Positions 28,051 to 37,269 of a stretch of 55,113 nt of DNA are shown here, one piece after another. The notes under the pieces are model-generated. The model searched no databases and was not told where the DNA came from. It worked only from the letters and a program-made list of their open reading frames with translations. Source of the stretch: Anaerolineae bacterium (GTDB lineage Bacteria; Chloroflexota; Anaerolineae; Anaerolineales; UBA11657); assembly GCA_963578565.1 (NCBI GenBank), contig CAUZCX010000002.1, forward strand, positions 1-55,113. Direction: 5' to 3'. Every line of letters starts with the position of its first letter. The stretch's first letter is position 1. A program made the translations under genes and the position numbers.

Positions 28051-29232
28051 ATGGATAACTCAAGACAAATCAGCAATAAAATTGACTGGCTAGATGAGCA
28101 GCGTCGCAAGGACCGGAAGCTGATGGCGGAGTTGAAGGAAGAGTTTCGCGCTGCCTTGGACAGGAATCAAGGATTGAAAGTGGGCGTCACTGCGCTAGAA
28201 GGCGATGTGGCGGAAGTGCGCGAGTTTCTCGATCGGGTCGAGAAGGTGGATGACATGGTCGAGCAACAGCGAGAAGAGTTTAGTGACCGGATGGAGGCTG
28301 CTGAGGCCATACGCACCAAATTTGAGCGAGAGAGCGAACGCGTACGGCATCTGGAGCGTGAGGCAATTAACAGGTCGCTGACTGAATTGGGTGAGGGCAT
28401 GCAGGGATTGGGGCAGTTGCAGGAGGATGTTGCGTCGCGCAAGGAGGAGGAATATCGCGCAAGGGCAGACATTAATGAGATAAGTCGATCAGTTGAGAGA
28501 GTTGCTAGAAGTGTGGATGAAAATGAGCACTTAATATCCAACATGCATGAAAGACGCCGCTCGGACAGCAAGCGAACCGCAGAATTTAGCAGCGCAACCG
28601 AAGCGGTGCGGAAGCGGCTGGATGATCTGAAACCGAAAATTGAATTGCTCCAAGATGTCAGCATCCGTAACGAGAATCGAATCAGCGAACTGACCGGGTT
28701 GGAGACTGAGCGCAAGCTGTCCCAAAACGCATGGATTGAACAGCAGGCGGTTACCCACGCCGAGCGAGAACGATGGTGGGCGGAGCTGCAACGAAAATCC
28801 GCTGAAATTGAGGCACTCATCGAGGGGTCTGCGCGCAAATTGGGGGCATTCGGCGATACGCATCGCAAGATGGAACAGGCGCTCTCTGCACTGGATGATA
28901 ACATTGCCGGCATTGAGCGCCGCCTGGGAGAGTCAGCCGAGGTGCAACGCGTGAACCACGAGCGCCTGCACGATGAGTGGGGTTTCTTCGTCGCGGAAGG
29001 GCAGAAAAACCGGGCTACCGATATCATGAATCGTGATGAACTATGGCGGGAGCATGATCGAAAAGACAAGCAATACAGTGCTCGTCTTGAAATGCTGGAA
29101 GATGCGGAGAAAACCACCGGTAAAATACTTAAGCATTTACGTTCGATGGATCAGGAGCGGCTCAAGAGTGTGTTCAGCGTATTACGTAAATTCATGTCTG
29201 AGTACGACGAGGAAATGACAAAAGTCCCCTGA
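28051..29232 (+). CDS. 393-aa acidic, all-helical coiled-coil protein of unknown function
   Basis: Long ORF rich in E/R/K/L/Q heptad-like stretches. No TM, no signal peptide, no enzymatic motif recognised. Confidence 0.7.
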   Translation: MDNSRQISNKIDWLDEQRRKDRKLMAELKEEFRAALDRNQGLKVGVTALEGDVAEVREFLDRVEKVDDMVEQQREEFSDRMEAAEAIRTKFERESERVRHLEREAINRSLTELGEGMQGLGQLQEDVASRKEEEYRARADINEISRSVERVARSVDENEHLISNMHERRRSDSKRTAEFSSATEAVRKRLDDLKPKIELLQDVSIRNENRISELTGLETERKLSQNAWIEQQAVTHAERERWWAELQRKSAEIEALIEGSARKLGAFGDTHRKMEQALSALDDNIAGIERRLGESAEVQRVNHERLHDEWGFFVAEGQKNRATDIMNRDELWREHDRKDKQYSARLEMLEDAEKTTGKILKHLRSMDQERLKSVFSVLRKFMSEYDEEMTKVP

Positions 29233-29285
29233 GTATGATCTGCGCTCCACCCGCTTGTACAACGGGATCGGTGACTCAATAGAAA

Positions 29286-31190
29286 ATGCACGTTATCTGC
29301 ACTGCGGGCCATGTGGACCACGGCAAATCCGCCCTCGTGGAGGCGCTCACTGGTATGCACCCCGACCGGCTAGCAGAGGAACGTGAACGCCAGATGACCA
29401 TAGATCTCGGCTTCGCCTGGGTGGCGCTGCCCGAGATTGGCGAGATCGGAATCGTGGATGTTCCTGGTCACCGCGATTTCATCGGTAACATGTTGGCAGG
29501 TGTGGGCAGTGTGGATGCTGCGTTGTTGGTAGTGGCAGCAGACGAAGGCGTCATGCCGCAGACCGAGGAACATCTTGCCATTCTGGACCTGCTGCGGATT
29601 GAAAATGGCGTGGTCGCCCTCTCCAAAACCGACCTTGCGGAGAGTCATGAATGGGTTGAAATGGTTGGCGACGACGTGGCGCGGCGTCTGGACAGCACAT
29701 CTCTGGCGGGCACTTGCGTGGCCCCGGTCTCCGCTATCACGGGAGAGGGGATGGCGGAATTAAAGCGGGCGTTGGTGAATTGCCTGCGGGCGCAACCAGC
29801 ACGTCAAGATTGGGGTAAACCCCGCCTAGCTGTTGACCGCGTCTTCACGGTCGCGGGTTTCGGCACTGTGGTCACCGGAACGCTTTTGCAAGGCAGACTG
29901 TCGGTGGGCGAGGAAGTAGAGATTGTTCCAGGCGGGCATCGCGCCCGTATCCGCGGATTACAGACTCACCGTACTGTTCTGGAAGAGGCTGTCCCCGGCA
30001 CGCGTGTGGCAATCAATTTGACCGGGGTGGGGAAAGACGAGCTGCATCGTGGTGCGGTGGTGGTGCGGCCCGGCGCGTTGCTGCCCACTCGCAGAGTAGA
30101 TGTTTCTTTTCGCATGCTTTCCGGAGAGCACAATACGATTCCATTGCGGCATAATGAGCTGGTTAAACTGTTCGTGGGCAGCACTGAGGTGATGGCGCGT
30201 GTTCGTGGCCTCAGTGCTCGTGAACTTCTGGCCGGAGAAAATGGCTGGCTGCAACTAGAGCTTTCGCAACCTGTCGCAGTGGTTAAAGGTGATCGCTTTA
30301 TCTTGCGACGCCCATCGCCAGGGGCGACGATTGGCGGCGGCAAGATAGTAGACGCGCGACCACGCCGACGGCATCGGTTGCAGGATCATGCAGTGCTGGA
30401 GCGGCTGCAGACCTTATCTCGGGGTAGCCCCGATGAAATTCTGCTCCAGGTGCTGGATGCAGGCGGTGTACGGACGCTGCAGGAGGCGGTATTCGACTCC
30501 GGTCTGAATGTGCATCAGGCGACTGAGGCGTTGAACCAATTGATGGGTGTTGGAGAGATAGTGGCGTTGGGGGAAGCAGTGCCTGATCTGACGCCGCGGA
30601 GCACCTCGCTGGTTATCAGTCGTGGGCGCCGGGAACTACTGGCGAAAGAAATATACGGCTTTCTTTCTAAATATCACAATGCACATCCGTTGCGTTTGGG
30701 TATGCGCCGCGAGGAGCTAAAGAGCCGTCTTGGCCTGCCGGCACGCTTTTTCAATGCGCTGATAAAACATAGTACCATTACCGGTGAAATTGCGGAGAAC
30801 GGCGTGTTGCTCCACCTGCCAGCGCACCGAGCGACGTTTGATGACCCTCAGCAGCAACGCGTAAATGCGCTACTGGCGCGCTTTCGCAATAACGTGTACA
30901 ACACCCCTTCACGCAAAGAAGTCGTTACCGCTGTCGGGGAGGAGGTTCTTGCCGCACTGCTGGAGCAGGGACAGCTGCTCACTGTATCTGCGGAGGTACT
31001 GTTTCTGGTGGAGACATACGGGGAGATGGAAGTGCGGATAAAAGAACAAATCGGCATGGCTGGGTCTGTGACGATTGCCGGGGTTCGTGACCTCTTCGGC
31101 ACCAGCCGCAAATACGCGCTCGCGCTGCTGGAATATATGGACCGGGAGGGAATAACAATGCGCAAGGGCGATGAACGGGTGTTGCGGTGA
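29286..31190 (+). CDS. selB: Selenocysteine-specific translation elongation factor SelB
   Basis: GTPase motifs [17 protein letters not shown] and SKTDL. 634-aa length with a long winged-helix-type C-terminal extension. Confidence 0.88.
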   Translation: MHVICTAGHVDHGKSALVEALTGMHPDRLAEERERQMTIDLGFAWVALPEIGEIGIVDVPGHRDFIGNMLAGVGSVDAALLVVAADEGVMPQTEEHLAILDLLRIENGVVALSKTDLAESHEWVEMVGDDVARRLDSTSLAGTCVAPVSAITGEGMAELKRALVNCLRAQPARQDWGKPRLAVDRVFTVAGFGTVVTGTLLQGRLSVGEEVEIVPGGHRARIRGLQTHRTVLEEAVPGTRVAINLTGVGKDELHRGAVVVRPGALLPTRRVDVSFRMLSGEHNTIPLRHNELVKLFVGSTEVMARVRGLSARELLAGENGWLQLELSQPVAVVKGDRFILRRPSPGATIGGGKIVDARPRRRHRLQDHAVLERLQTLSRGSPDEILLQVLDAGGVRTLQEAVFDSGLNVHQATEALNQLMGVGEIVALGEAVPDLTPRSTSLVISRGRRELLAKEIYGFLSKYHNAHPLRLGMRREELKSRLGLPARFFNALIKHSTITGEIAENGVLLHLPAHRATFDDPQQQRVNALLARFRNNVYNTPSRKEVVTAVGEEVLAALLEQGQLLTVSAEVLFLVETYGEMEVRIKEQIGMAGSVTIAGVRDLFGTSRKYALALLEYMDREGITMRKGDERVLR

Positions 31191-32183
31191 CGCACTTCAA
31201 CGCGCTGACCGATGTACTTGGGTTTCAGGTGGGACACTGGAGTAACCGTAAAGCCGCCACAGGTTGTACGGTGATACTGTGCTCCTAGGGTGCAATGGCG
31301 GGTGTGGATGTGCGCGGATCAGCACCAGGCACCCGCGAAACTGATCTGCTATATCCTATCAGTTCAGTGCAGAAGGTGCACGCCATCCTTCTAGCTGCTG
31401 GCAGTGCCTTTGGTCTGGCATCGGCTGACGGGGTGATGCGCTGGCTAGAAGAGCGCGGTCACGGCATTCCACTTCGGTCGCTGCGGTTCCGATTGTGCCC
31501 GCGGCCATCCTTTACGACCTTGCCATTGGCCGCGGCGATGTACGCCCGGATGCGGCAGCTGGTTATGCCGCCTGCGAGGTCGCCAGCAATGGGCCGGTAG
31601 AAGAGGGAAGTGTGGGTGCCGGAATGGGCGCCACGGTCGGCAAGATGCTGGGTTTTGAGCATGCCACTAAGGCGGGTCTGGGAAGTGCGAGTAAGTTGTG
31701 CGGAGATGGAACGGTGGTTGCCGCGCTAGCGGTGGTGAATGCTATGGGAGATGTCTTTTGTCCGCAGGCTCAGTAGGTTCTCGCGGGAGCTCGAAACGCG
31801 AAATCTGATGGGTTCGCGGATTCGACATTGTTGACGGAACAGACTCTGAGCCGAGGCGAGGACGTCCGATTTACGAACGAGAACACTACCCTCGCGGTTG
31901 TTGCCACGAATGCGACGCTAACCCCATCCGCGACGAAAGTGGCTCATATGGCACACGATGGCCTAGCCCGAGTGATACGACCGGTGCATTTGCCCCACGA
32001 TGGCGATACCGTGTTTGCGCTCTCCAATGGCGACCTGGCCGGGAGATTATGGTATGGTGGGCGCGGTCCGCGGTCGGAGTCGTGGAGGATGCAGTCATTG
32101 CGGGGGTCTCCGAGGCCACCTCTATCGCCGGAGTGCCGGCAGCCTGTTACCTTGGTTTCTCAGATGTATGCGGGTGGTCTTAG
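31187..32183 (+). pseudogene. Decayed P1/S58 (DmpA-type) aminopeptidase-family gene
   Basis: Family-like segments appear in three frames: VGHWSNRKAATGCTVILCS*GAMAGVDVRGSAPGTRETDLL, VPIVPAAILYDL...VGAGMGATVGK, ENTTLAVVATNATL, HDGDTVFALSNGD, VVEDAVIAGVSEATSIAGVPA. There are in-frame TAG codons at 31286 and 31777, a 1-nt deletion near 31470, and two more frameshifts at about 32045-32065. Confidence 0.7.
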
Positions 32184-32187
32184 AGCT

Positions 32188-33798
32188 TCAGTCTAACTCC
32201 GTTGAGCGGTGTTTCCATTCGCCACCAACCATGGTTCCGACCACGCAGGTAGCGAGAATATCCATCGGGTCACAGCGGAAAATGTCGCGGTCAAGCACAA
32301 TTAGGTCGGCCATCTTTCCGGGCCGAAGTGTACCGATGTCTTCTTCCATATGCGCCGCGTAGGCCGACCCGAGAGTGTATGCGCGCACTGCCTCGCCCAC
32401 GCTCAAGCGCTGTTGCGGGAACCATCCGTCTGGTCCGGGCGTGCCGTCCGCTCGCCGGCGTGTCACGGCGGCGTGTATCCCTTTTAGTGGGTTAATGCTT
32501 TCCACTGGCGCATCACTGCCGAATGCTAGAGTAGCACCAGCGTTAAGCTGGGTGCGCCAGGCATAAGCGCCGGCTGCGCGCCCACCCCAATGACGTTGGG
32601 CCATAAGCATGTCGGCGGTGGCGTGGATGGGTTGCATGGATGCGATTACCTTCAGTTTTCCCAGACGTTGGTAATCATCCGGGTGCAGCAGCTGCACATG
32701 CTCGATGCGATGCCTGCGCGCAGCGGGCGCTTGCCCTCGGGCAGCCTCATCTGTGCGCAGTTGTGCGAACACATCCAGCACGTCGTGATTGGCGCGGTCA
32801 CCAATGGCGTGCACCGTCATTTCCAGACCGTGCGTGCTTGCACGGCTTGCGTATTCCAGCAGCTGCTCCTTGTCAGTCATCACCATGCCGTAGTTTTTAC
32901 TTTCGTTTTCGTAAGGAGCAATCATGCTTGCGGTGCGCGGGCCTAGCGCGCCATCCATGAACACTTTGACTCCACCGATGCGTAGCCAGTCATCCCCGAA
33001 CCCGCTTCGTATACCTAAGGCTAGCGTTTCATCTAGTAGCTCGACTGGAATGTTCTTTACCACCCGCAAACCGAGCTTACGTTCAGAGCGAAGTTTCTGC
33101 AGAGCCAAGAATGCGCTGCGGCGGTCGTAGTCGTGCAGGCCGGTCAGGCCGACGTCCCACATCTCTCGCTGTGCCGCGTCCATCATCCCTGCCAGTTCCG
33201 TGACCGTAGGCTTGGGTATGATATCCGAAACCAGATCGATGGCAGCTTCGAAAAGACAGCCGTCAGGCTTGCCGTCGGCACCGCGGCCGATGAGGCCGCC
33301 GGGTGGGTCACTCCTGTATTTATCAATGTTGGCTTGGTGTAGTGCCAGGTTGCTCGCCCAGGCCATGTGCAGGGAGCTGGCAGTGAGGAAAACTGGGTGC
33401 TCCGGAGCTACGGTATCCAAATCGGCTGCCGCTGGTAATTCGTCGTCCCAAGGAGTTTGGTTCCATCCGTGTCCGGTTATCCAATCGCCTGGCGGGGTCT
33501 CCGCTGCGCATTCAGCAACCATTTCCAGCACGCGCTGTTTGCTTGTGTGGCCTACGTCGAGCTGGCCGCGCGAGCGCGCGAATTGCTCGAAGTGGCAGTG
33601 TGCGTCTATGAAGCCGGGTAGCACCAGCTGGTCACGCAGGTCAATCACCTCGGTGCGCTTTTCGACCGAGTCCATAATATAGTCATTCGTGCCTACGGCG
33701 CTTATTTTTTTGCGCCGGATGGCTATCCCCTGCACCACTCCAAATCCCGCTACCAGAGTATGGATGCGTCCGTTAACTAGTGCTAGATCTTGAGACAC
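32188..33798 (-). CDS. Metal-dependent amidohydrolase (amidohydrolase-3 / YtcJ-like family)
   Basis: 536 aa. LPGFIDAHCHF metal-binding motif, HAIGDRANH, and GSDAPVE near the C-terminus. Confidence 0.82.
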   Translation of the reverse strand: MSQDLALVNGRIHTLVAGFGVVQGIAIRRKKISAVGTNDYIMDSVEKRTEVIDLRDQLVLPGFIDAHCHFEQFARSRGQLDVGHTSKQRVLEMVAECAAETPPGDWITGHGWNQTPWDDELPAAADLDTVAPEHPVFLTASSLHMAWASNLALHQANIDKYRSDPPGGLIGRGADGKPDGCLFEAAIDLVSDIIPKPTVTELAGMMDAAQREMWDVGLTGLHDYDRRSAFLALQKLRSERKLGLRVVKNIPVELLDETLALGIRSGFGDDWLRIGGVKVFMDGALGPRTASMIAPYENESKNYGMVMTDKEQLLEYASRASTHGLEMTVHAIGDRANHDVLDVFAQLRTDEAARGQAPAARRHRIEHVQLLHPDDYQRLGKLKVIASMQPIHATADMLMAQRHWGGRAAGAYAWRTQLNAGATLAFGSDAPVESINPLKGIHAAVTRRRADGTPGPDGWFPQQRLSVGEAVRAYTLGSAYAAHMEEDIGTLRPGKMADLIVLDRDIFRCDPMDILATCVVGTMVGGEWKHRSTELD

Positions 33799-33830
33799 TA
33801 GTCTGTATTAGATTGGGCTGTGGCAGCTTA

Positions 33831-34685
33831 TCAAGTCTGCAACAACCGCTCAGTGAGTGCGTCCAGCTCCTCGTCGGAGTAGAAATGAATAACTATCCTC
33901 CCGGCGCCTTTGCGATTGCGCTGAAGGTTGACCTTGGTTACTAGGGCCGCACGCAACTGGTCCTCGAGGTCTATTTCGGCTCTGGGTCGTTCTTCACCCG
34001 GAAGTTTTAAGGCAGGTGACTCGAGCATCTTTCGCACTAGCGTTTCGGTCTGGCGAACGTTTAAACCCTTAGAGGTTATAGTTCCCAGCACGGACTGCTG
34101 TATTTTTGCGTTTGGAAGGCCGATCAGAGTACGGGCGTGACCTTCGCTGATTCTTCCGCTGGTGAGCGCGGCCTGCACGGGCGGTGGTAGGCGCAGCAAG
34201 CGCATGGTGTTGCTCACCGTCGCGCGCTGTTTGCCCACACGTTGGGCAATTTCGTCATGCGCCATACCGAAATCGTCAGCCAGTGCTTGATAGGCTGTGG
34301 CGGTTTCTATAGGATTAAGGTTGGTGCGCTGCAGGTTTTCAATCAGTGCTAATTCCAACATTTCCGCATCACTGGGTATATCTCTTACCACAGCAGGCAC
34401 GGTGTACAGCTGGGCTATGGATGCGGCTTTCAGCCGGCGCTGGCCGGCTATCAGTGTGAATTCTGCGCTGTTCTCGGTGCGTGCTACCAGCAGAGGCTGC
34501 AGGATTCCATATGTGCGAATGGATTCGGCTAGTTCGGCAAGTTCGTCTGGGTCAAAACTAGCGCGCGGTTGGCGTGGATTTGGGCGAATGGCGGTTAGTG
34601 CTATCTGCGTGGCGCCTTCACCGTAGGAATCTGACGTAGGGATGAGCGCATCCAGCCCGCGCCCCAAGCCTCGTTTTATTGCCAT
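33831..34685 (-). CDS. parB: Chromosome partitioning protein ParB/Spo0J
   Basis: GLGRGLDALI, the LIENLQRTNLNP box, and an HTH region. Confidence 0.92.
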   Translation of the reverse strand: MAIKRGLGRGLDALIPTSDSYGEGATQIALTAIRPNPRQPRASFDPDELAELAESIRTYGILQPLLVARTENSAEFTLIAGQRRLKAASIAQLYTVPAVVRDIPSDAEMLELALIENLQRTNLNPIETATAYQALADDFGMAHDEIAQRVGKQRATVSNTMRLLRLPPPVQAALTSGRISEGHARTLIGLPNAKIQQSVLGTITSKGLNVRQTETLVRKMLESPALKLPGEERPRAEIDLEDQLRAALVTKVNLQRNRKGAGRIVIHFYSDEELDALTERLLQT

Positions 34686-34761
34686 ATGTCACCTGTATCT
34701 ATTCTGGGTTCGGATTCATCCAACATGGAAACGTGAACTCGCGGCCCTTTTTTCTGCGTAC

Positions 34762-35547
34762 TCATGTCGGGGCATTTTCTGGCGCTGTGTCGCTGCTGAG
34801 GACCTCGTTAGCTAGGTCGGCGTACGCTTCGGCTCCTGTGGAGTGAGGCGCATACGTGATGATGGGCTGGCCATGCGAGGGTGCTTCGGCAAGGCGTACG
34901 TTGCGTGGAATAATGGCGCGGAAAACCTTGTCCTGGAAGTGACGCCGGACTTCTTCCACCACTTGTTGCGAGAGATTGACGCGCGAATCGTACATGGTCA
35001 TCAGTAGTCCACGGATATGTAATTTTACGTTGAAAGTGGTTTGTACGCGTGATATTGTTTCCAGCAATTGGCCAAGCCCCTCCAGCGCAAGATATTCGCA
35101 CTGCACCGGAATCACCACCGCCTGGGCTGCCACCAGGCCGTTCAGCGTGAGTAGGCCGAGCGAGGGTGGGCAATCGATGAGTACATAATCGTATCTGTTA
35201 GCTTGGGAAAGAGCACGCAGCAGCCGCTGCTCCCTATTAGGCTCGCTGACTAGCTCTACCTCCACTCCGGCCAGCGCCGGCGATGAGGGTACGAGCGACA
35301 TTCCTAGCGCTGCGCTGCGCATTGTGTTCGCATGTAGGCGAGCCTGAGGGCGGATGAGAAGGTTATAGGTTCCGGCGTTGATGTCCTGTTTTTCCACTCC
35401 GAGGGAAGAGGTTGCATTGCCCTGCGCATCAAGATCCACCAGCAATACCTGCTGATTGAGGGTGGCAAGATAAGCGCCCAGATTTATAGCTGTGGTGGTC
35501 TTTCCTACCCCGCCTTTCTGGTTGACAAAAGCATAGATTCTCGTCAT
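34762..35547 (-). CDS. parA: Chromosome partitioning ATPase ParA/Soj
   Basis: Deviant Walker A NQKGGVGKTTTAINL. IDCPPSLG. Confidence 0.92.
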   Translation of the reverse strand: MTRIYAFVNQKGGVGKTTTAINLGAYLATLNQQVLLVDLDAQGNATSSLGVEKQDINAGTYNLLIRPQARLHANTMRSAALGMSLVPSSPALAGVEVELVSEPNREQRLLRALSQANRYDYVLIDCPPSLGLLTLNGLVAAQAVVIPVQCEYLALEGLGQLLETISRVQTTFNVKLHIRGLLMTMYDSRVNLSQQVVEEVRRHFQDKVFRAIIPRNVRLAEAPSHGQPIITYAPHSTGAEAYADLANEVLSSDTAPENAPT

Positions 35548-35622
35548 CTACGTGGGCGTTGGCGACGCCGAGTATTGCTCCATAAGATTGTACCAGAGCA
35601 GCCCCAGCTGCAGACCGGGCGT

Positions 35623-36300
35623 TTAGCGAAGCAGCTCGGGTTGAATGGTGACGCGGCGGTCGCTGCCCTCTCCGCTGCTCTCGGTGGTAACTCCGACGTG
35701 ATCCTGCAATGTAATGTGGATTATGCGCCTTTCGTTGGCGGGCATCGGCTCGAGGGAAATTGGTCTGCCAAATTGGTGTACCTGTTGCGCCATACGTTGA
35801 GCGAGCCGGTGCAGCTGCTGTTCGCGGTGTTTTTTATAGCCGCCCACGTCCACATTGAGGTTCACCCAGTGGCTCAGTTTTTTGGCCATTATCAGGCGGG
35901 CGATGTGCTGGAGCGCGGCCAACGTTTCTCCCCGTCTTCCGATGATCATGCCCAGGTCTTCTCCGTCTACATCGACTTGCAGGACAGGGTCTTCCTGTGT
36001 GGAGGTGGCCTTCTGATAGCCGACTTGCACCTCGGCGTCTATTTCCATGTGGCGGAGCAGGGTGGAGACTACCTGACGCGCGGCCTCCGTGACGTCGTCC
36101 TCTGGCTGAGGTTCGCTCGCCGGCAATAGTACGCGGATACGGGCATCGAGGTCGGCCTCCGAATCGCCCGCGTCAAGCACTTCAACCTCTAGGTCATTCG
36201 CAGCTACGCCTAAATCTGTCTGCGCTAGTTGGATTGCTCTCTCTACGTTCGGAGCGATAAATTCTAAGCTGGTGCGTTTGGGTTCCATGATGTCACTCAA
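35623..36300 (-). CDS. jag: Jag/KhpB-type RNA-binding protein (KH plus R3H domains)
   Basis: C-terminal R3H region LEPMPANERRIIHITL. Located downstream of yidC. Confidence 0.82.
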   Translation of the reverse strand: MSDIMEPKRTSLEFIAPNVERAIQLAQTDLGVAANDLEVEVLDAGDSEADLDARIRVLLPASEPQPEDDVTEAARQVVSTLLRHMEIDAEVQVGYQKATSTQEDPVLQVDVDGEDLGMIIGRRGETLAALQHIARLIMAKKLSHWVNLNVDVGGYKKHREQQLHRLAQRMAQQVHQFGRPISLEPMPANERRIIHITLQDHVGVTTESSGEGSDRRVTIQPELLR

Positions 36301-36312
36301 ATCAAATCGTGC

Positions 36313-37254
36313 TTACCGCCTGCGCGAGCCCCCCTTGGCTTTTCTGGCTTGCAGGCGTTTCTCCTTGCGTCGGCTGATTTTGTTCTTGGCTTCAGGCGTA
36401 GGGTTGGCCGGTGTTCGCGCCGCGGATAGTTTGGGTGAGACTTTGCTGGGCAGGGGAGCCGCAGCCACGGAGGGGATTTTTAGCTGTATTCCGCCGGGTA
36501 TCTTCATGTTGATCCACTCCAGCCTTTCGCGGTTCAGATACATGTATTGCCCAATAGTGGCAATGTTCGCGGTAATGAAATAGATCGACAGCCCTGATGA
36601 GAATTGTAGCGCGAAAAAGGCGAACATGAGTGGCATCATTGTCATCATCGACCGCTGCATCTGCGCCGACTGGTCTGTCGGATCCGCTGTGGGTGGGGCC
36701 ATCATTTTCTGCTGCAGCACGGTTGTCAGATATACCAGTACCGGCAGGATGGGGATACCGATATCTGGGTAGAAAGGCAGGTAGAGCCGGTCCGGATGAC
36801 TGAGATCCATCCAGAGAAAATGGCGGTTGACCGGTATCAAGTTTGGGAAGTCTGGGAACCATGAAGTATATGCAGCCTGATACAAATCAACCATCTGCAG
36901 TGGCGCATGTGGTATAGCGCGCTCAATGGAGCGGTACATGCCAATTAGGATAGGAAACTGGACTAACATCGGCAGGCATCCGCCCAGCATCGATGCCGGG
37001 CTATAACCGATCTTTTTCAGCTCCTTCTGTATGCGTTCCGGCTCGCCTTTGTACTTTTCTTGAACGCGTTTGATTTCGGGCTGCATCGCCTGCATCTTTG
37101 CCTGCGACTTTTGCTGCTTCGCAGTAAGTGGAAGGAGCAACATCCGGATCAAAATGGTCAGCACTACCAATGACAGCACGAAGCTGTTTCCCAGCCACCC
37201 GTAGAGCAGCAGGAGAGTGTTGGTGAAGGGGAAGATGATCAGCTGATTCCACAT
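36313..37254 (-). CDS. yidC: Membrane protein insertase YidC (short, Oxa1-like form)
   Basis: 5-TM core. PLTAKQQKSQAKMQAMQPEIKRVQEKYK coiled loop. Basic C-terminal tail. Confidence 0.9.
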   Translation of the reverse strand: MWNQLIIFPFTNTLLLLYGWLGNSFVLSLVVLTILIRMLLLPLTAKQQKSQAKMQAMQPEIKRVQEKYKGEPERIQKELKKIGYSPASMLGGCLPMLVQFPILIGMYRSIERAIPHAPLQMVDLYQAAYTSWFPDFPNLIPVNRHFLWMDLSHPDRLYLPFYPDIGIPILPVLVYLTTVLQQKMMAPPTADPTDQSAQMQRSMMTMMPLMFAFFALQFSSGLSIYFITANIATIGQYMYLNRERLEWINMKIPGGIQLKIPSVAAAPLPSKVSPKLSAARTPANPTPEAKNKISRRKEKRLQARKAKGGSRRR

Positions 37255-37269
37255 GGTGGCTATGACTGC

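Noticed and set aside
27948-28109. N-terminal 54 codons of the ORF 26826..28109 (glycosyltransferase)
   Set aside because: The conserved GT N-terminus begins at MRIALDAR (ATG 27947). The extension would run through the promoter and start of the divergent coiled-coil gene.
28167-29117. 316-aa - strand ORF fully inside the coiled-coil gene
   Set aside because: It is the antisense shadow of a GAR/CGN-rich coiled-coil coding sequence. The product is Ser/Arg/Cys-rich low complexity with no start context. The + strand gene has the promoter and a coherent protein.
31286-31779. Two in-frame TAG codons next to selB, considered as possible programmed recoding (pyrrolysine or read-through)
   Set aside because: SelB decodes UGA, not UAG. 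No pyl genes were seen. The same gene also carries at least three frameshifts, so simple pseudogenisation explains everything.
34727-34738. parS-like half site GGAAACGTGAAC between parB and parA
   Set aside because: Only the right half resembles TGTTTCACGTGAAACA and the left half does not match. No full 16-bp palindrome was found anywhere in the window by eye.
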